A program made the position numbers and the translations under genes. 64,000 nt of DNA. Source: Bdellovibrionales bacterium. GTDB taxonomy: Bacteria > Bdellovibrionota > Bdellovibrionia > Bdellovibrionales > JAGQZY01. Of this stretch, positions 37,612 through 47,414 are shown piece by piece. A model generated the notes under the pieces. It worked only from the letters and a program-made list of their open reading frames with translations, was not told the origin of the DNA and did not search any database. The stretch lies in the NCBI GenBank assembly GCA_964230645.1, contig CAXRHT010000001.1, positions 704,001 through 768,000 on the forward strand, in the 5' to 3' direction. The first letter of the stretch is position 1. Every line of letters starts with the position of its first letter.

Positions 37612-39348
37612 CTATTGTCCAATTCGATTGGAGTTTAGGCGATTGGCTGTGCGTGGATCCACGGACTGATACTCGACCACTAGGTTTCTCGTACCAAGCT
37701 CTCCTTGGTTTATAAGAATGAGTTTGCGCACACCAGGCTGGATTAATATATTCCAACACAAAGCTTCTCCTTGGTTCGCCCCACAAACAGGAACGCTTCT
37801 CTCTGGATTATCCGCAAAATAAACACGAATTTCTCCCATCGGAATATGTTCTAAATTGTATTCCCCTCGCTGTACCGACTTATCAAACAAGTCTTTAGCG
37901 ATCTGGGGTAAATCTTCACCATAGGTTCCGCTGCAGATATTGAGAATGTTACTTCCTTGGCTAGCGCGACCACTTGTCATTCGCAAGAAAGACTCTAATT
38001 TTTGTGGTCGATCGTAACCCTCGCGGCCGCGAATATCATCGTCCACTCTTCCATCACCACAGTTTCTTCGTGACCATTGCGAAGAAAATCGATTCTGTAA
38101 ATCAAAACTCACCGAGTTTTTGTGAAGCACACCATATGTGGAAATCTTGTCTCTAGAGCTTTGACCACCCTTGAGTTGCCGCAAGGCTTCTGCAGCCATG
38201 GCTGGATTGATATCCACAGACTGGTCCACTGTATCGGTGACAAAAATCACTCCCAAATGAGCATCTTGTCTGATGAATCCGGAATTGTGATTCTCAGAAA
38301 ACTCACTCCATTGCTCTTCCCTATTCGGATCCTCTAAGCCTGGAGGAGTCCACTGATTGTCATCTTCTGGATGTGTGGCAGGGTACTGACTCCTATAATG
38401 ACTGGCTGAATTTCCAAAAATTAGATAGCGAGAATTCAGAGCGGCAATCATTGGTGAAAGCATCTCTTCAAAACGAGGGCCTACCGCTTCTTGAATTAAA
38501 ACCTCCGTTAACGAGCTTTGAAACTCTCTAGCCTCATCCTGATCAGTGGGTCTGGCTCGAGGTCCGTTATTTATAGTGTTGCCATTGGACTCATAGCCCA
38601 CTTCGTCTCGTTCTATATATTCTTGGGCTCCGACTTTAAGAGTCTCACGTAAATCTGACAATTGCGTGCTTGTGGTCGCAAACTTCTCGATGGGTCGTTT
38701 TATTTGACCTGTTTGATTGTCTATAAAAGGAAGAAGGCTTCCCAAACGGTAGAAATTTCTTGTGGCCACATAATTTTGCTCGCCTTGTAAGGGACGAGAC
38801 CATTCTGTAACACCTTCTTCGTAACGATCATCACCCACTTGTCCTCTTTTAAAGTATCGACGGGAATCATAAATCGGAGTCACAGCAATACGGTAGTCAA
38901 GAAGATCCAAATGAGATAACTCTTCCACAAAGTCTTCCATTGCCGCTGCCAAATTGTTTTGGTGGGTTTCCATACTATTGGAATCATCAATGACAAAAAG
39001 TAAATCCAATTGAGGACGAGTTTCCTGATTCGTTAATGAAATATTTTGGGTGACATTGATAAGATCGGCATCATCTACCTCAGAAAGCTCTGGCGGACGA
39101 GGAATCTCGATACTTAGAACCTCTCCTGTTTCCGGAAGTTCAGGAAATTCCGGGTTTTCAAAACTGGGTTCTTGAATCTCAGGCTCAGCAAACCTTGCCG
39201 AGCGGGTTTCACCTTGTAGTGATGGACTCTCAACCTGATAGAGGTCTGTTGTTTCCGATTGGCAAGCAGAGAGAAAACAAAGTGATGTGAGGATCACTCC
39301 CCAACTCAAACACTTTTTCGCTTTCATTTTTCTATTATACCAATTCAT
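37612..39348 (-). CDS. VWA-domain lipoprotein, CglB-like adhesin candidate
   Basis: Lipobox LSAC; DLLFVIDDSNSM (MIDAS DxSxS), FIRQDAHLGVIFVTD; ATGA overlap with the upstream gene. Confidence 0.75.
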   Translation of the reverse strand: MNWYNRKMKAKKCLSWGVILTSLCFLSACQSETTDLYQVESPSLQGETRSARFAEPEIQEPSFENPEFPELPETGEVLSIEIPRPPELSEVDDADLINVTQNISLTNQETRPQLDLLFVIDDSNSMETHQNNLAAAMEDFVEELSHLDLLDYRIAVTPIYDSRRYFKRGQVGDDRYEEGVTEWSRPLQGEQNYVATRNFYRLGSLLPFIDNQTGQIKRPIEKFATTSTQLSDLRETLKVGAQEYIERDEVGYESNGNTINNGPRARPTDQDEAREFQSSLTEVLIQEAVGPRFEEMLSPMIAALNSRYLIFGNSASHYRSQYPATHPEDDNQWTPPGLEDPNREEQWSEFSENHNSGFIRQDAHLGVIFVTDTVDQSVDINPAMAAEALRQLKGGQSSRDKISTYGVLHKNSVSFDLQNRFSSQWSRRNCGDGRVDDDIRGREGYDRPQKLESFLRMTSGRASQGSNILNICSGTYGEDLPQIAKDLFDKSVQRGEYNLEHIPMGEIRVYFADNPERSVPVCGANQGEALCWNILIQPGVRKLILINQGELGTRNLVVEYQSVDPRTANRLNSNRIGQ

Positions 39349-40169
39349 TTTGAAACCACCTTTCTCACTGGTTGAGGGCAATTCTTTGCATTGACTTGTA
39401 ATTGGTCTATTTCATCAATCCAAACGTCATTTTCTTCATAGGGAAATTGTAGGTCGTATTGACCGACTTTTTGCTCGGGACCCGCTTGACCTCGCTCTCC
39501 CTGTAAGCTTTTATCAAGATACATTCTTTGAATGGAATCCGCTTCGACCAAACTTAAATGTTGAATCACGTCAGAGTAGTGCGCGAGTTCCCACTGGGAT
39601 TTAGGGTTACGTCTTGTTTGCAGTCCTGACTCTAAATTTTCAATTTTTTTGCGACTCACCTTCTTAAACTGATCGATGATCTTAAAAACTCGCGTGAAGT
39701 CACAAACCTGATAAGCAGCAAAAGCACTTAAAAAGAAAGCCTCTGGACTGACGACCTTTCTGAAAAGAGGTGACATCAGTGTGTGAGAGTCAGCTAAAGC
39801 TTGATTGGCTTTTCCAAGGTAAATTAAAGCCCAAGCTCTTTCCTCTACAGAGGAGAGCCAATGATCCGACTTTTTAGAGATCTTTTTATAGGACTTATAG
39901 GCTTTAGCGTACTCACCTTTATTGAACAAGGTACGCCCTTGGGCTAATGCCACATCGTCTTTAATTTTTTGGTCTTTCGATTGAATTTTGGCAAGCACTT
40001 TCAGGGCCGAGTTATTATGCCCACGATCAGCGTGGGTGTAAGCTCGTTTCAATTGGGCTTGAACGTTTGAAGCTCCTTGAGCTCCTGCTGTGAAAAAACT
40101 AGCAACGAGAAAAGCCATGAGACTCAAGGATTTTTTATCTTTAAAAAATCTTATCATCAGTAAAATCAT
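39345..40169 (-). CDS. GltC-like periplasmic TPR protein
   Basis: EERAWA...ALA..HTLMSP.F...PEAFFL...C pattern; operon context. Confidence 0.7.
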   Translation of the reverse strand: MILLMIRFFKDKKSLSLMAFLVASFFTAGAQGASNVQAQLKRAYTHADRGHNNSALKVLAKIQSKDQKIKDDVALAQGRTLFNKGEYAKAYKSYKKISKKSDHWLSSVEERAWALIYLGKANQALADSHTLMSPLFRKVVSPEAFFLSAFAAYQVCDFTRVFKIIDQFKKVSRKKIENLESGLQTRRNPKSQWELAHYSDVIQHLSLVEADSIQRMYLDKSLQGERGQAGPEQKVGQYDLQFPYEENDVWIDEIDQLQVNAKNCPQPVRKVVSK

Positions 40170-40864
40170 AGTAGAAAACCTACCTTCGCGGTGAATACCG
40201 TTTGTTCAAGTCTGCGGTCAACATCGTTAGATATTTTGTCTTTGTAGGTCTGGTACCTAATCTCAAAACGAGTGGATAGCCAGTTAGTAAACCAAAATCC
40301 AACGCCACCACCAGCACTGATTAGGTCGCTAGCCCCTGAACGCGCCAAATTGATTTGACCGTATCCACCCTGTAGATAGATATCAAATTGAGTAACATTC
40401 ATATTAAAAAGATTAATTTTTCCGTAAACAGGATAAAAAGAAACCGCGGCAAGATACCCATCTTTAGGAAAGTCTCTTACATCAGGTACAATCCCTGATT
40501 GCGCATTAAAAACTCTTTGTCCCTCTTGTGAAAGCTCATTATTAAAAGAATAGTAACGTCCTCCGAGAGACCAGCGAGGAGTAATATGGACTTCTAATGA
40601 GCCCTCGAGTTGGCTCGAATCAACATAAGGGTTTCCACCGGTCAGATAACCGTAACCAACACTTCCTTCCACACGCCAAGTTCTATCGACAGCTCTCTTC
40701 TGAACCACTCTTACTTTGTTGTTTGGTTTTAACTTACGGGCCCGGCGAACAATGTCTCGGTTCACACCCAGATTATCTAAATCTTTAGACGCTTTCTTGG
40801 CCTGTGCGTTCACACAGGTAAACATTAATAAAAAGGTGATGACTATTCGACTTGTTGACAACAT
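40166..40864 (-). CDS. GltA/GltB-like outer-membrane beta-barrel
   Basis: VRVVQKR, PVYGKINLF, FDIYL..G.G; signal peptide. Confidence 0.8.
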   Translation of the reverse strand: MLSTSRIVITFLLMFTCVNAQAKKASKDLDNLGVNRDIVRRARKLKPNNKVRVVQKRAVDRTWRVEGSVGYGYLTGGNPYVDSSQLEGSLEVHITPRWSLGGRYYSFNNELSQEGQRVFNAQSGIVPDVRDFPKDGYLAAVSFYPVYGKINLFNMNVTQFDIYLQGGYGQINLARSGASDLISAGGGVGFWFTNWLSTRFEIRYQTYKDKISNDVDRRLEQTVFTAKVGFLL

Positions 40865-42063
40865 TACAATGACTCCTCAATTGATAGACCTCGCGTAACG
40901 GGAACACTGGTAAGACCACTCACTACACTCTGAGAATTCACAGTGATCTGAGCTGTCAGATTTCTCCAGTTTTCTGGAGCAAGGTTGGGGTGAATTTGAT
41001 ATACATAAGTCCATCCCTCTCCCACTTTACTGGGATTTTCCCCGGAAACGGCCGCTGTCACCATGGATGCAGCATTCATGGTTTGGTTGGCCGATGTTCC
41101 CGAATCATTTTGCAATGAAAAGGAAACACTAGGTGCCTGATCCCCTTGGATATCAGCCGGGTCGATCACATGAATAAACAATTGATCACCCTGTTGACTG
41201 ACCTCCACCTCAGGTCTTTGTCGTATTTGATTAATTTTAATAACAACATCTTTTTCCACAGTCTGTTGTTGCACAAGAGCTCTTTCGCGCTCATCTTCAA
41301 TAAGTGAAGTGTCTATCATTGGACGAACGGTAAAAGTATTGCTCACTGAAGTCTGTCCTAGAGGAACCTCAACTTGAGGGGCTCCAGAAATAACCCATGT
41401 GTTAGCTTCTTCGTCACTTTGAGTGAGGCTTAGGCCTTCTGGTAGGTCGGGAGTAATATCAAGACCCTGGACACTGTTGCCACCGACATTGAGTTGAAAA
41501 AAGATACGATGGGTCTGGGGCTCTTGAACATTCCATTCAAAAGTCTCAGCCAGTGCTCCTGTAAATTCAAATTGGTAGAGAAGACCTTGGAAATTTAATG
41601 GTTCAGGATTTTGCAGCTCTTCTTCACAACGAAGAGTTCTCTGCTCCCAAGTATCAACGGTCGAACGCAGACCTGCGATCACTTGTTCTTGGTCAGCACG
41701 AAATGTAGCGAGTTCCTGCTCAAACTGAGCCCTTTGGGCCTCCCACTGCTCTTGATTGTTGCTGTTTTGAGAGCGTAGACGCTGCTCAATCGCTTCGTAT
41801 TCATTGGTAAGGTTCTGAATTCGAGTTTGGTTTTCTTGCTCTAATGCGGCAATTGACTGATCGTAGGCTTGAGTCTCCTGTTCAAAACGAGCCTGCCAAT
41901 CTTGTTGGTTTTGCTGCCTTTCACTTTCAGTCACGTAACTGCTTGAATCTTTTCCCTCCAGAGGATCAGCGCCATTGCCGCCAAATCCACAATGAGTTAA
42001 AGAGAGGGACAGTCCGGCTGCTAAAAGGACATTAAAGTATTGTTTGCTTCCTATTTTAGCCAT
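40864..42063 (-). CDS. Lipoprotein with coiled coil and Ig-like (He_PIG-like) region
   Basis: Lipobox LTHC, Gln/Glu-rich coiled coil, LPEGLSL...ISGAP Ig-like motif. Confidence 0.65.
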   Translation of the reverse strand: MAKIGSKQYFNVLLAAGLSLSLTHCGFGGNGADPLEGKDSSSYVTESERQQNQQDWQARFEQETQAYDQSIAALEQENQTRIQNLTNEYEAIEQRLRSQNSNNQEQWEAQRAQFEQELATFRADQEQVIAGLRSTVDTWEQRTLRCEEELQNPEPLNFQGLLYQFEFTGALAETFEWNVQEPQTHRIFFQLNVGGNSVQGLDITPDLPEGLSLTQSDEEANTWVISGAPQVEVPLGQTSVSNTFTVRPMIDTSLIEDERERALVQQQTVEKDVVIKINQIRQRPEVEVSQQGDQLFIHVIDPADIQGDQAPSVSFSLQNDSGTSANQTMNAASMVTAAVSGENPSKVGEGWTYVYQIHPNLAPENWRNLTAQITVNSQSVVSGLTSVPVTRGLSIEESL

Positions 42064-43261
42064 GTTTTGCTCTCCTTAGGATAAATGGGTAAGAAACGTT
42101 AACATCGACGTTTCCATGAGGTTTAGGGAACCTCCATTGTTTAATTTTTCCAATCATACATCTTTCAACTGTGGAGGAACCTAAGCTGCTTTGACCAATT
42201 TGAGCCAAACGCACTCGCCCACCACCATTAATAATAAAGTTAACAGCCACTCTTCCCGACAAACCGGAATTGGCCTGTAGGCCTTTTTCGTAGCAGTAAT
42301 AAATTTGTCCAATATTTTTACGAATAACAGCTTCGATCTGACTCATCTCAAGTCCACCTTCCACTGTTCCGTCTTCTTGAAGGGGGTGCACATAACCACC
42401 ACCAGCGGAACCACCGATATTCAGTTTTCCGTATCCGGCTTGCCCACCAGAACGACCTTTGGTTCCGTAACCAACTCCACCGAGGCGAGTTTTTCCGTTA
42501 CCACCACTGGGAGCGGATAAAGCTTTTCCAGCAAAAGAGTTGTTGGCTTGCCCGAGGGACTTTCTTCCAAGAGAGTCACCAGAACCTGAGTTTCTTGAGG
42601 CCGATTTAAGCTTTAGCCCCTTTCCTGATTTTGAACCTTTACTGGTTCCACCAAGAGCGGCCAAAGCTCCCATTTGATTGACACTCTTTTTACGAGCCTG
42701 ACGGACTTTTTTAGGAGGTGCTTTACGTACTCTCTTTTTAACCACTTTCTTTTTACGATTGATTTTCTTGTTACTAGCCTTAACAACTTCACGAGGTTGC
42801 GGCTTAACCCTTTTTATCACTTTCTGAGGTTTAGTGAGTTTAACAACCGGTGCCTCAGGCTCAATAAAAAGAGAGTGAGTCCAGTAAGTAAGAAAGGCCA
42901 GTAATAAAATGGCTGCATGAATTATTGAAGACCATTTGAGACTCTTTTCAAATTCTTCATTACTTTCTTGCTCGATAGGAGAAGAATCGTATTCTATCTC
43001 CTCTCCGGCCGTTAGTTTTTTAATATATCCAATTTTAGGAACGGAGACTTTTTTCTGTCCCATTTCGGCGATATTAATTCGTGCTAGAACTTGGAAATCT
43101 GATTTTTTATAGCGTTCTCCACTGGCTTTGGAAAGGGCTTCAAGTCGGCCCGTTTTTACACGAACGGCCAAGACCATACTGCTTTCTTCCCAGCTAAAAG
43201 ACCGGATGACCTTTCCACTGGAATTAACCAGAACGAGTGGAATGGGTTTGATCTTTCTCAT
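42056..43261 (-). CDS. GltG-like protein (TM, Gly/Lys-rich linker, AgmX/PglI-type TonB_C domain)
   Basis: SSIIHAA TM; CYEKGL...LSGRV.V.F.I...G, WRFPKP, VSYPF. Confidence 0.85.
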   Translation of the reverse strand: MRKIKPIPLVLVNSSGKVIRSFSWEESSMVLAVRVKTGRLEALSKASGERYKKSDFQVLARINIAEMGQKKVSVPKIGYIKKLTAGEEIEYDSSPIEQESNEEFEKSLKWSSIIHAAILLLAFLTYWTHSLFIEPEAPVVKLTKPQKVIKRVKPQPREVVKASNKKINRKKKVVKKRVRKAPPKKVRQARKKSVNQMGALAALGGTSKGSKSGKGLKLKSASRNSGSGDSLGRKSLGQANNSFAGKALSAPSGGNGKTRLGGVGYGTKGRSGGQAGYGKLNIGGSAGGGYVHPLQEDGTVEGGLEMSQIEAVIRKNIGQIYYCYEKGLQANSGLSGRVAVNFIINGGGRVRLAQIGQSSLGSSTVERCMIGKIKQWRFPKPHGNVDVNVSYPFILRRAKHG

Positions 43262-43524
43262 TTGTAGTCCTCCAGACTTTTCTTAATTTGAAATTTGAAC
43301 TTCTCTCTTGGTTTCACTATTCGAATAAGCTTCTTTTCGCTCTCAACAGAGACGACAGTCTCCGGAGAATGGGCGTACTTTCCATGAACCGTTGCTCCAC
43401 TAAAACGAGCATCGGTTGTTCGCTCGGAATTACCTTTTGCTTTCTTACTACTTTTCTTGCCAGCTTGGGCAAAACCTGGAAGTAAACCTAAAACTAAAAT
43501 GGATAAAAGGATACGGCTTCTCAT
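43258..43524 (-). CDS. GltF/CglF-like small secreted protein
   Basis: 88 aa, signal peptide, FSGATVHG...P...R.KF pattern, position just before the gltG-like gene. Confidence 0.65.
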   Translation of the reverse strand: MRSRILLSILVLGLLPGFAQAGKKSSKKAKGNSERTTDARFSGATVHGKYAHSPETVVSVESEKKLIRIVKPREKFKFQIKKSLEDYK

Positions 43525-46451
43525 GGTACCACCTTTTTGTTGAGTTCACTGAGACGCTGATCGAGGAATGCCACATGACTTTGATTGTTGTTCATGAACT
43601 CTAACTCTCTCAGCTTAGCAACGGCCTCTTCTGAAAAAGGGTTTTGTCGCACTTGTCTGCGTGCCTGACCAAGACCCTTAATGGCTTCATTAGAGACTTG
43701 CGATAATTTGATCAAAGCCTTCTTTTTAGAATTGGGAGCAAAGGGAAGAAGCATTTTGGCCTCTTTCGCGTAAAGCTCTTGCATCACAAGTGGCGTTTGC
43801 TGACGAGAGGACATTTTCTCTGCAACGTATTTCTCATTCTTCCAGCTTTGATCAACCGTTCTTGCGATTTCAATGGCTTCTGCTGTCATTGCATCGATCT
43901 TTTGCTTCAGAATATTTTGATACTGTTTTAATTGGTCTCCTGATAAGCCTCTAGGGGAAGGAGTCGTTTTCAACTCTTTAGCCAATCGGTTTTTCTCTTT
44001 GGCTAAAACAGTCAATGAAGCCACTTGTAGGGGGAAATCTTTACGATCAATAGCGGCATTGGCTATAGCTTCCATTTCACCAAGAAGCTCCACCCGTTTA
44101 GCAATCGCTCTTTGAACGGCCGCGTCGCCTCGCGTGGCCATTTTATGACCCACTAGGCGGTTTTTCGCTCTTTTAAATTTTGGAATCTCCAGATGTCTTC
44201 TTAATATTTTTCCAGCGGGCTTAGCGGCCACATTGGCGTGAGAGAGAACCATCTCCGCTGCTTTTGTATTTTTAAAACGGGCGTAGGTTTCAAGAGTGAG
44301 TTCTGACAAGAGAAGTGGTGATCTCTTCATTCGATGGATGCGATCTTTTATTTCACCCCATGGAATGTGGCTTGATTGAACAATCTTTGCTCGAATTCGG
44401 TTTCCTTCCAGAACACCGTGACTACGGTTCAAGTACTCCTCGTAATGAGCATGGGAGTTTTTTCCCGCTAACTCCGCAAGTAGGGCCAATTGGGCAATTT
44501 CAGTTTTATTTCTTTTACTGCGGTTGAGCTGTCTTTTCTTATAAAGGTAAGCTTGTGAGAAAGACAAGGTTACCTTAGAAGCCCAGATCAGATTATTATA
44601 AGCAAAGTGACTCTTTTTAAGATCAAGCTTTTTGTACGTGAGCATTTTTTTGGAGCTTCTCATCATTTCATCAAGATCTCGAACTATTTTTGCTAGTCTC
44701 ACCTGAGTCTCAAGAAGGAGAATTTGTTCCTTCTCAGGCACATTCTTAAATGGGATTTTTACCATTTTCGCTAAAATTTCTTTTTTGTATTTGGTTTCCC
44801 CTTTGACATCAAGGAGTGCTACAGCCTCATGGAGAAGGGCTTTGCGGTATATCCCGCGGTACTCCTCGCGATGAGCCGAGAACGCCACAGCGTAGGCTTG
44901 CGAGTGAGACATGATATTTTTGTTATCTTTTTTGAGGGCATAAATATCAAGAACGAGATCAGCGGATTTCTTAGCAACCGCTTTGTTAGATTTCGTTTTT
45001 TTAATGACTGTACCGATTTTGATAACATTCTTAAACTCTTTAACAGCCGTCTCATATTTCTTTTCCTCATAATTGAGGTAAGCCAATTGATATTTTGCTT
45101 GTAAGGACTTAGGCCCTTCGGGGTAGACTTCAAGATAACTCTGGTAAGCCACTCTTCTAAGACCAATAGACTTACTCTCTTCAGCCACACCCATAGCGGC
45201 ATCAAGGGCTTCTGTGAAAACTTTTTTATTTTTTGCGACCGCCTTCTGTGCTTTTATCGTTTTAGCGGAATGAACAAAATAGTTCACAGACGTTGAGTAC
45301 TGCTTTTTCTTGTGAAAGGTCTGTGCGGCAATATAGTGCATATCAAAATCTTGGGGGAATACTTTTAGATATTCTTTCCATACATTAAGGAGACTTTGGC
45401 TAGGATCGTCTTTTTCGACCCGGTTCCAGTAAACTAGGAATTTTCTTGCTTTTTTCTCGTACTCACCACAGCGCTTTTTGTTTTCATCTTCCTCACAATC
45501 AACCTTTTTAAAGAACTGTCCTGATAGGGCAAAAGTTGTGTGAGTTTTAGAGGTTCTCTTGAGAGTTTGTTCGGCCTGAGACATTCTTAAGTAAGCAAAA
45601 GCAGAATCAATGTCCTCAATTTTGAAATTTTCTAATATGTAACGATTGGCTCGCAGATTCTCGTAGGGTCTACCCAAACGATCCAGCTCACTTGCCAAAA
45701 GCTCAACATTCGTTTTCGCTTCTTTTTCAGGGCTCAGTGCGTGGACTTTTCTTAAAGACTGATCATTAATCGAACCTTTGGCCGTAAATTTAGCAAAGTC
45801 TCGTGCGATATCGCTCTTAAGCTGAGAGTCCATCTCTTTTCCAGACTGTAAAATACGAGCGAGGTGGTTCTTAGCCTTCCCGTATTTTCCGGTATTAAAT
45901 TCACACCAAGCCTTTCTGTACTCTGTTAAAGGGGTGGCTAAAGCACCATTTCTGTTGGTGGCTCTTTGAAATTGTGTGAGCGAGTGCTTGTATTGACCCG
46001 CAAAGAACAAGCGCTCGCCCTCGGCATGGTATGCCAAGGCTTTTAAAGTTTTATGATATTTTCCCGAGATAATCTTTTTGTGAAAAGAGATCGCTTTACT
46101 ATTTTGACCCAGTAACGAATAAGTTTGAGAAATCTGCACAAAGGCGCGCTCTTTCTCATCGGGATCAAGTTGGCTGAATATTTTCTTATAAAGAACAAGG
46201 GCGTTCTTTCTATCATCTTTAGAACCAAGGCAGGACTTACAATTCTTCTCCTGCTCTTTCATATAACGCAAACGGGCTCGATCCGAATAAAGATCGGCCA
46301 AACGTAAATCCAGGGCCTTGCCTGGACTCTGGTTTTTTCCTGCTTCCAATTTCTCAATAAGAAGATTATGGGTTTTTAAGTCCATGGATTCTGCATTTGC
46401 AAACAGAGGCAGAGTTAAAAATGTAAATATCAAGAATCCTTTAACGTTCAA
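43521..46451 (-). CDS. GltD/AgmU-like large periplasmic TPR protein
   Basis: LRLADLYSDRAR, YRKAWC.FN, many TPR-like helices, P.GLS..QLKQY. Confidence 0.75.
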   Translation of the reverse strand: MNVKGFLIFTFLTLPLFANAESMDLKTHNLLIEKLEAGKNQSPGKALDLRLADLYSDRARLRYMKEQEKNCKSCLGSKDDRKNALVLYKKIFSQLDPDEKERAFVQISQTYSLLGQNSKAISFHKKIISGKYHKTLKALAYHAEGERLFFAGQYKHSLTQFQRATNRNGALATPLTEYRKAWCEFNTGKYGKAKNHLARILQSGKEMDSQLKSDIARDFAKFTAKGSINDQSLRKVHALSPEKEAKTNVELLASELDRLGRPYENLRANRYILENFKIEDIDSAFAYLRMSQAEQTLKRTSKTHTTFALSGQFFKKVDCEEDENKKRCGEYEKKARKFLVYWNRVEKDDPSQSLLNVWKEYLKVFPQDFDMHYIAAQTFHKKKQYSTSVNYFVHSAKTIKAQKAVAKNKKVFTEALDAAMGVAEESKSIGLRRVAYQSYLEVYPEGPKSLQAKYQLAYLNYEEKKYETAVKEFKNVIKIGTVIKKTKSNKAVAKKSADLVLDIYALKKDNKNIMSHSQAYAVAFSAHREEYRGIYRKALLHEAVALLDVKGETKYKKEILAKMVKIPFKNVPEKEQILLLETQVRLAKIVRDLDEMMRSSKKMLTYKKLDLKKSHFAYNNLIWASKVTLSFSQAYLYKKRQLNRSKRNKTEIAQLALLAELAGKNSHAHYEEYLNRSHGVLEGNRIRAKIVQSSHIPWGEIKDRIHRMKRSPLLLSELTLETYARFKNTKAAEMVLSHANVAAKPAGKILRRHLEIPKFKRAKNRLVGHKMATRGDAAVQRAIAKRVELLGEMEAIANAAIDRKDFPLQVASLTVLAKEKNRLAKELKTTPSPRGLSGDQLKQYQNILKQKIDAMTAEAIEIARTVDQSWKNEKYVAEKMSSRQQTPLVMQELYAKEAKMLLPFAPNSKKKALIKLSQVSNEAIKGLGQARRQVRQNPFSEEAVAKLRELEFMNNNQSHVAFLDQRLSELNKKVVP

Positions 46452-46452
46452 T

Positions 46453-46944
46453 TTATTCTCCTAAAACTGCAAATTTAATATTTTCAAATCCGCTCTGAGC
46501 GGCAATAGACAACAAGGGACTGATACTTGAGTAGTCCGATTGTTTGTCCGCTTGGATCAGAATTTTTCCTTTTCTCTCGTCACCGCTGTCATCGAGATTT
46601 TTGTTGAGATCCGTTAGGTAGCCGAGCAACTCACCGGCCTTCATTTCTTGTTCGTTAACAAGATATTTTCCAGCCACTACACGCACATTCACACCTGGTT
46701 GTAGAGCTTGGGAATGCTGGGCTTGAGGAAGTTTAATCTCTTTATCGATTTTTAATTCTTTACCGTTTTGATGGGTACTCACAAGGAGGTAGATAACTAT
46801 GACGGCAAAGGCATCAACAAGCGAGGTCAACATCAATGGGGCTGCCAGACTCATGATATTTCTCATCTGAGACTTTGGACGAACTTTAGCTAACCCCTCT
46901 AAAGGTGATTGAATTTTCTGTCTTTTAATAGCTCCAAAAATCAT
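46453..46944 (-). CDS. ExbD/TolR-family protein (AglS position)
   Basis: LTSLVDAFAVIVIYLL TM with Asp, LPQA, ILIQADK. Confidence 0.9.
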   Translation of the reverse strand: MIFGAIKRQKIQSPLEGLAKVRPKSQMRNIMSLAAPLMLTSLVDAFAVIVIYLLVSTHQNGKELKIDKEIKLPQAQHSQALQPGVNVRVVAGKYLVNEQEMKAGELLGYLTDLNKNLDDSGDERKGKILIQADKQSDYSSISPLLSIAAQSGFENIKFAVLGE

Positions 46945-46950
46945 TTTTCC

Positions 46951-47385
46951 TCACAGACTTGGCTCAATTCCAATTTCTTTTAGCTCGAGTTTTTTCAAAT
47001 TCTCTAAAAGTTTCACGACTTTCTGGTATTTTGCTTTTCCACTGGGCGCTATAAAGGCCATACTTATTTCAGGATACTTTTCAATGAGTGCGCTCATGTA
47101 TTCTGAAACTTGCTCTTGATTATCAGATTGGTCAGTGATCTTTTTCTTAGCGACACTCTGACCTTTTTCTTCCACAGTGATATAAAACTGATTGTTTGGG
47201 GAAACTTGGATCGCAAAACGACTGGGCTGTTCCTTGTTCTCGGAGGTTTCTCCTTTGGCCTGCTTTACATCGAGTGTTCCGATGGGCAGCCAAACGGCCG
47301 TAAGGAGAAGGAAACTGATACAAACAGCCAAGAGTGAAATGACTGGTAAAAGGTTCACTTCAAAATTTGTTTCGTTCTGTTCCAT
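46951..47385 (-). CDS. ExbD/TolR-family protein (AglQ position), TM Asp replaced by Ser
   Basis: EVNLLPVISLLAVCISFLLLTAVW; IAP...YQKVVKLLE. Confidence 0.85.
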   Translation of the reverse strand: MEQNETNFEVNLLPVISLLAVCISFLLLTAVWLPIGTLDVKQAKGETSENKEQPSRFAIQVSPNNQFYITVEEKGQSVAKKKITDQSDNQEQVSEYMSALIEKYPEISMAFIAPSGKAKYQKVVKLLENLKKLELKEIGIEPSL

Positions 47386-47414
47386 GATACTTCCCTTCCT
47401 ATTTAAAACCTAAA

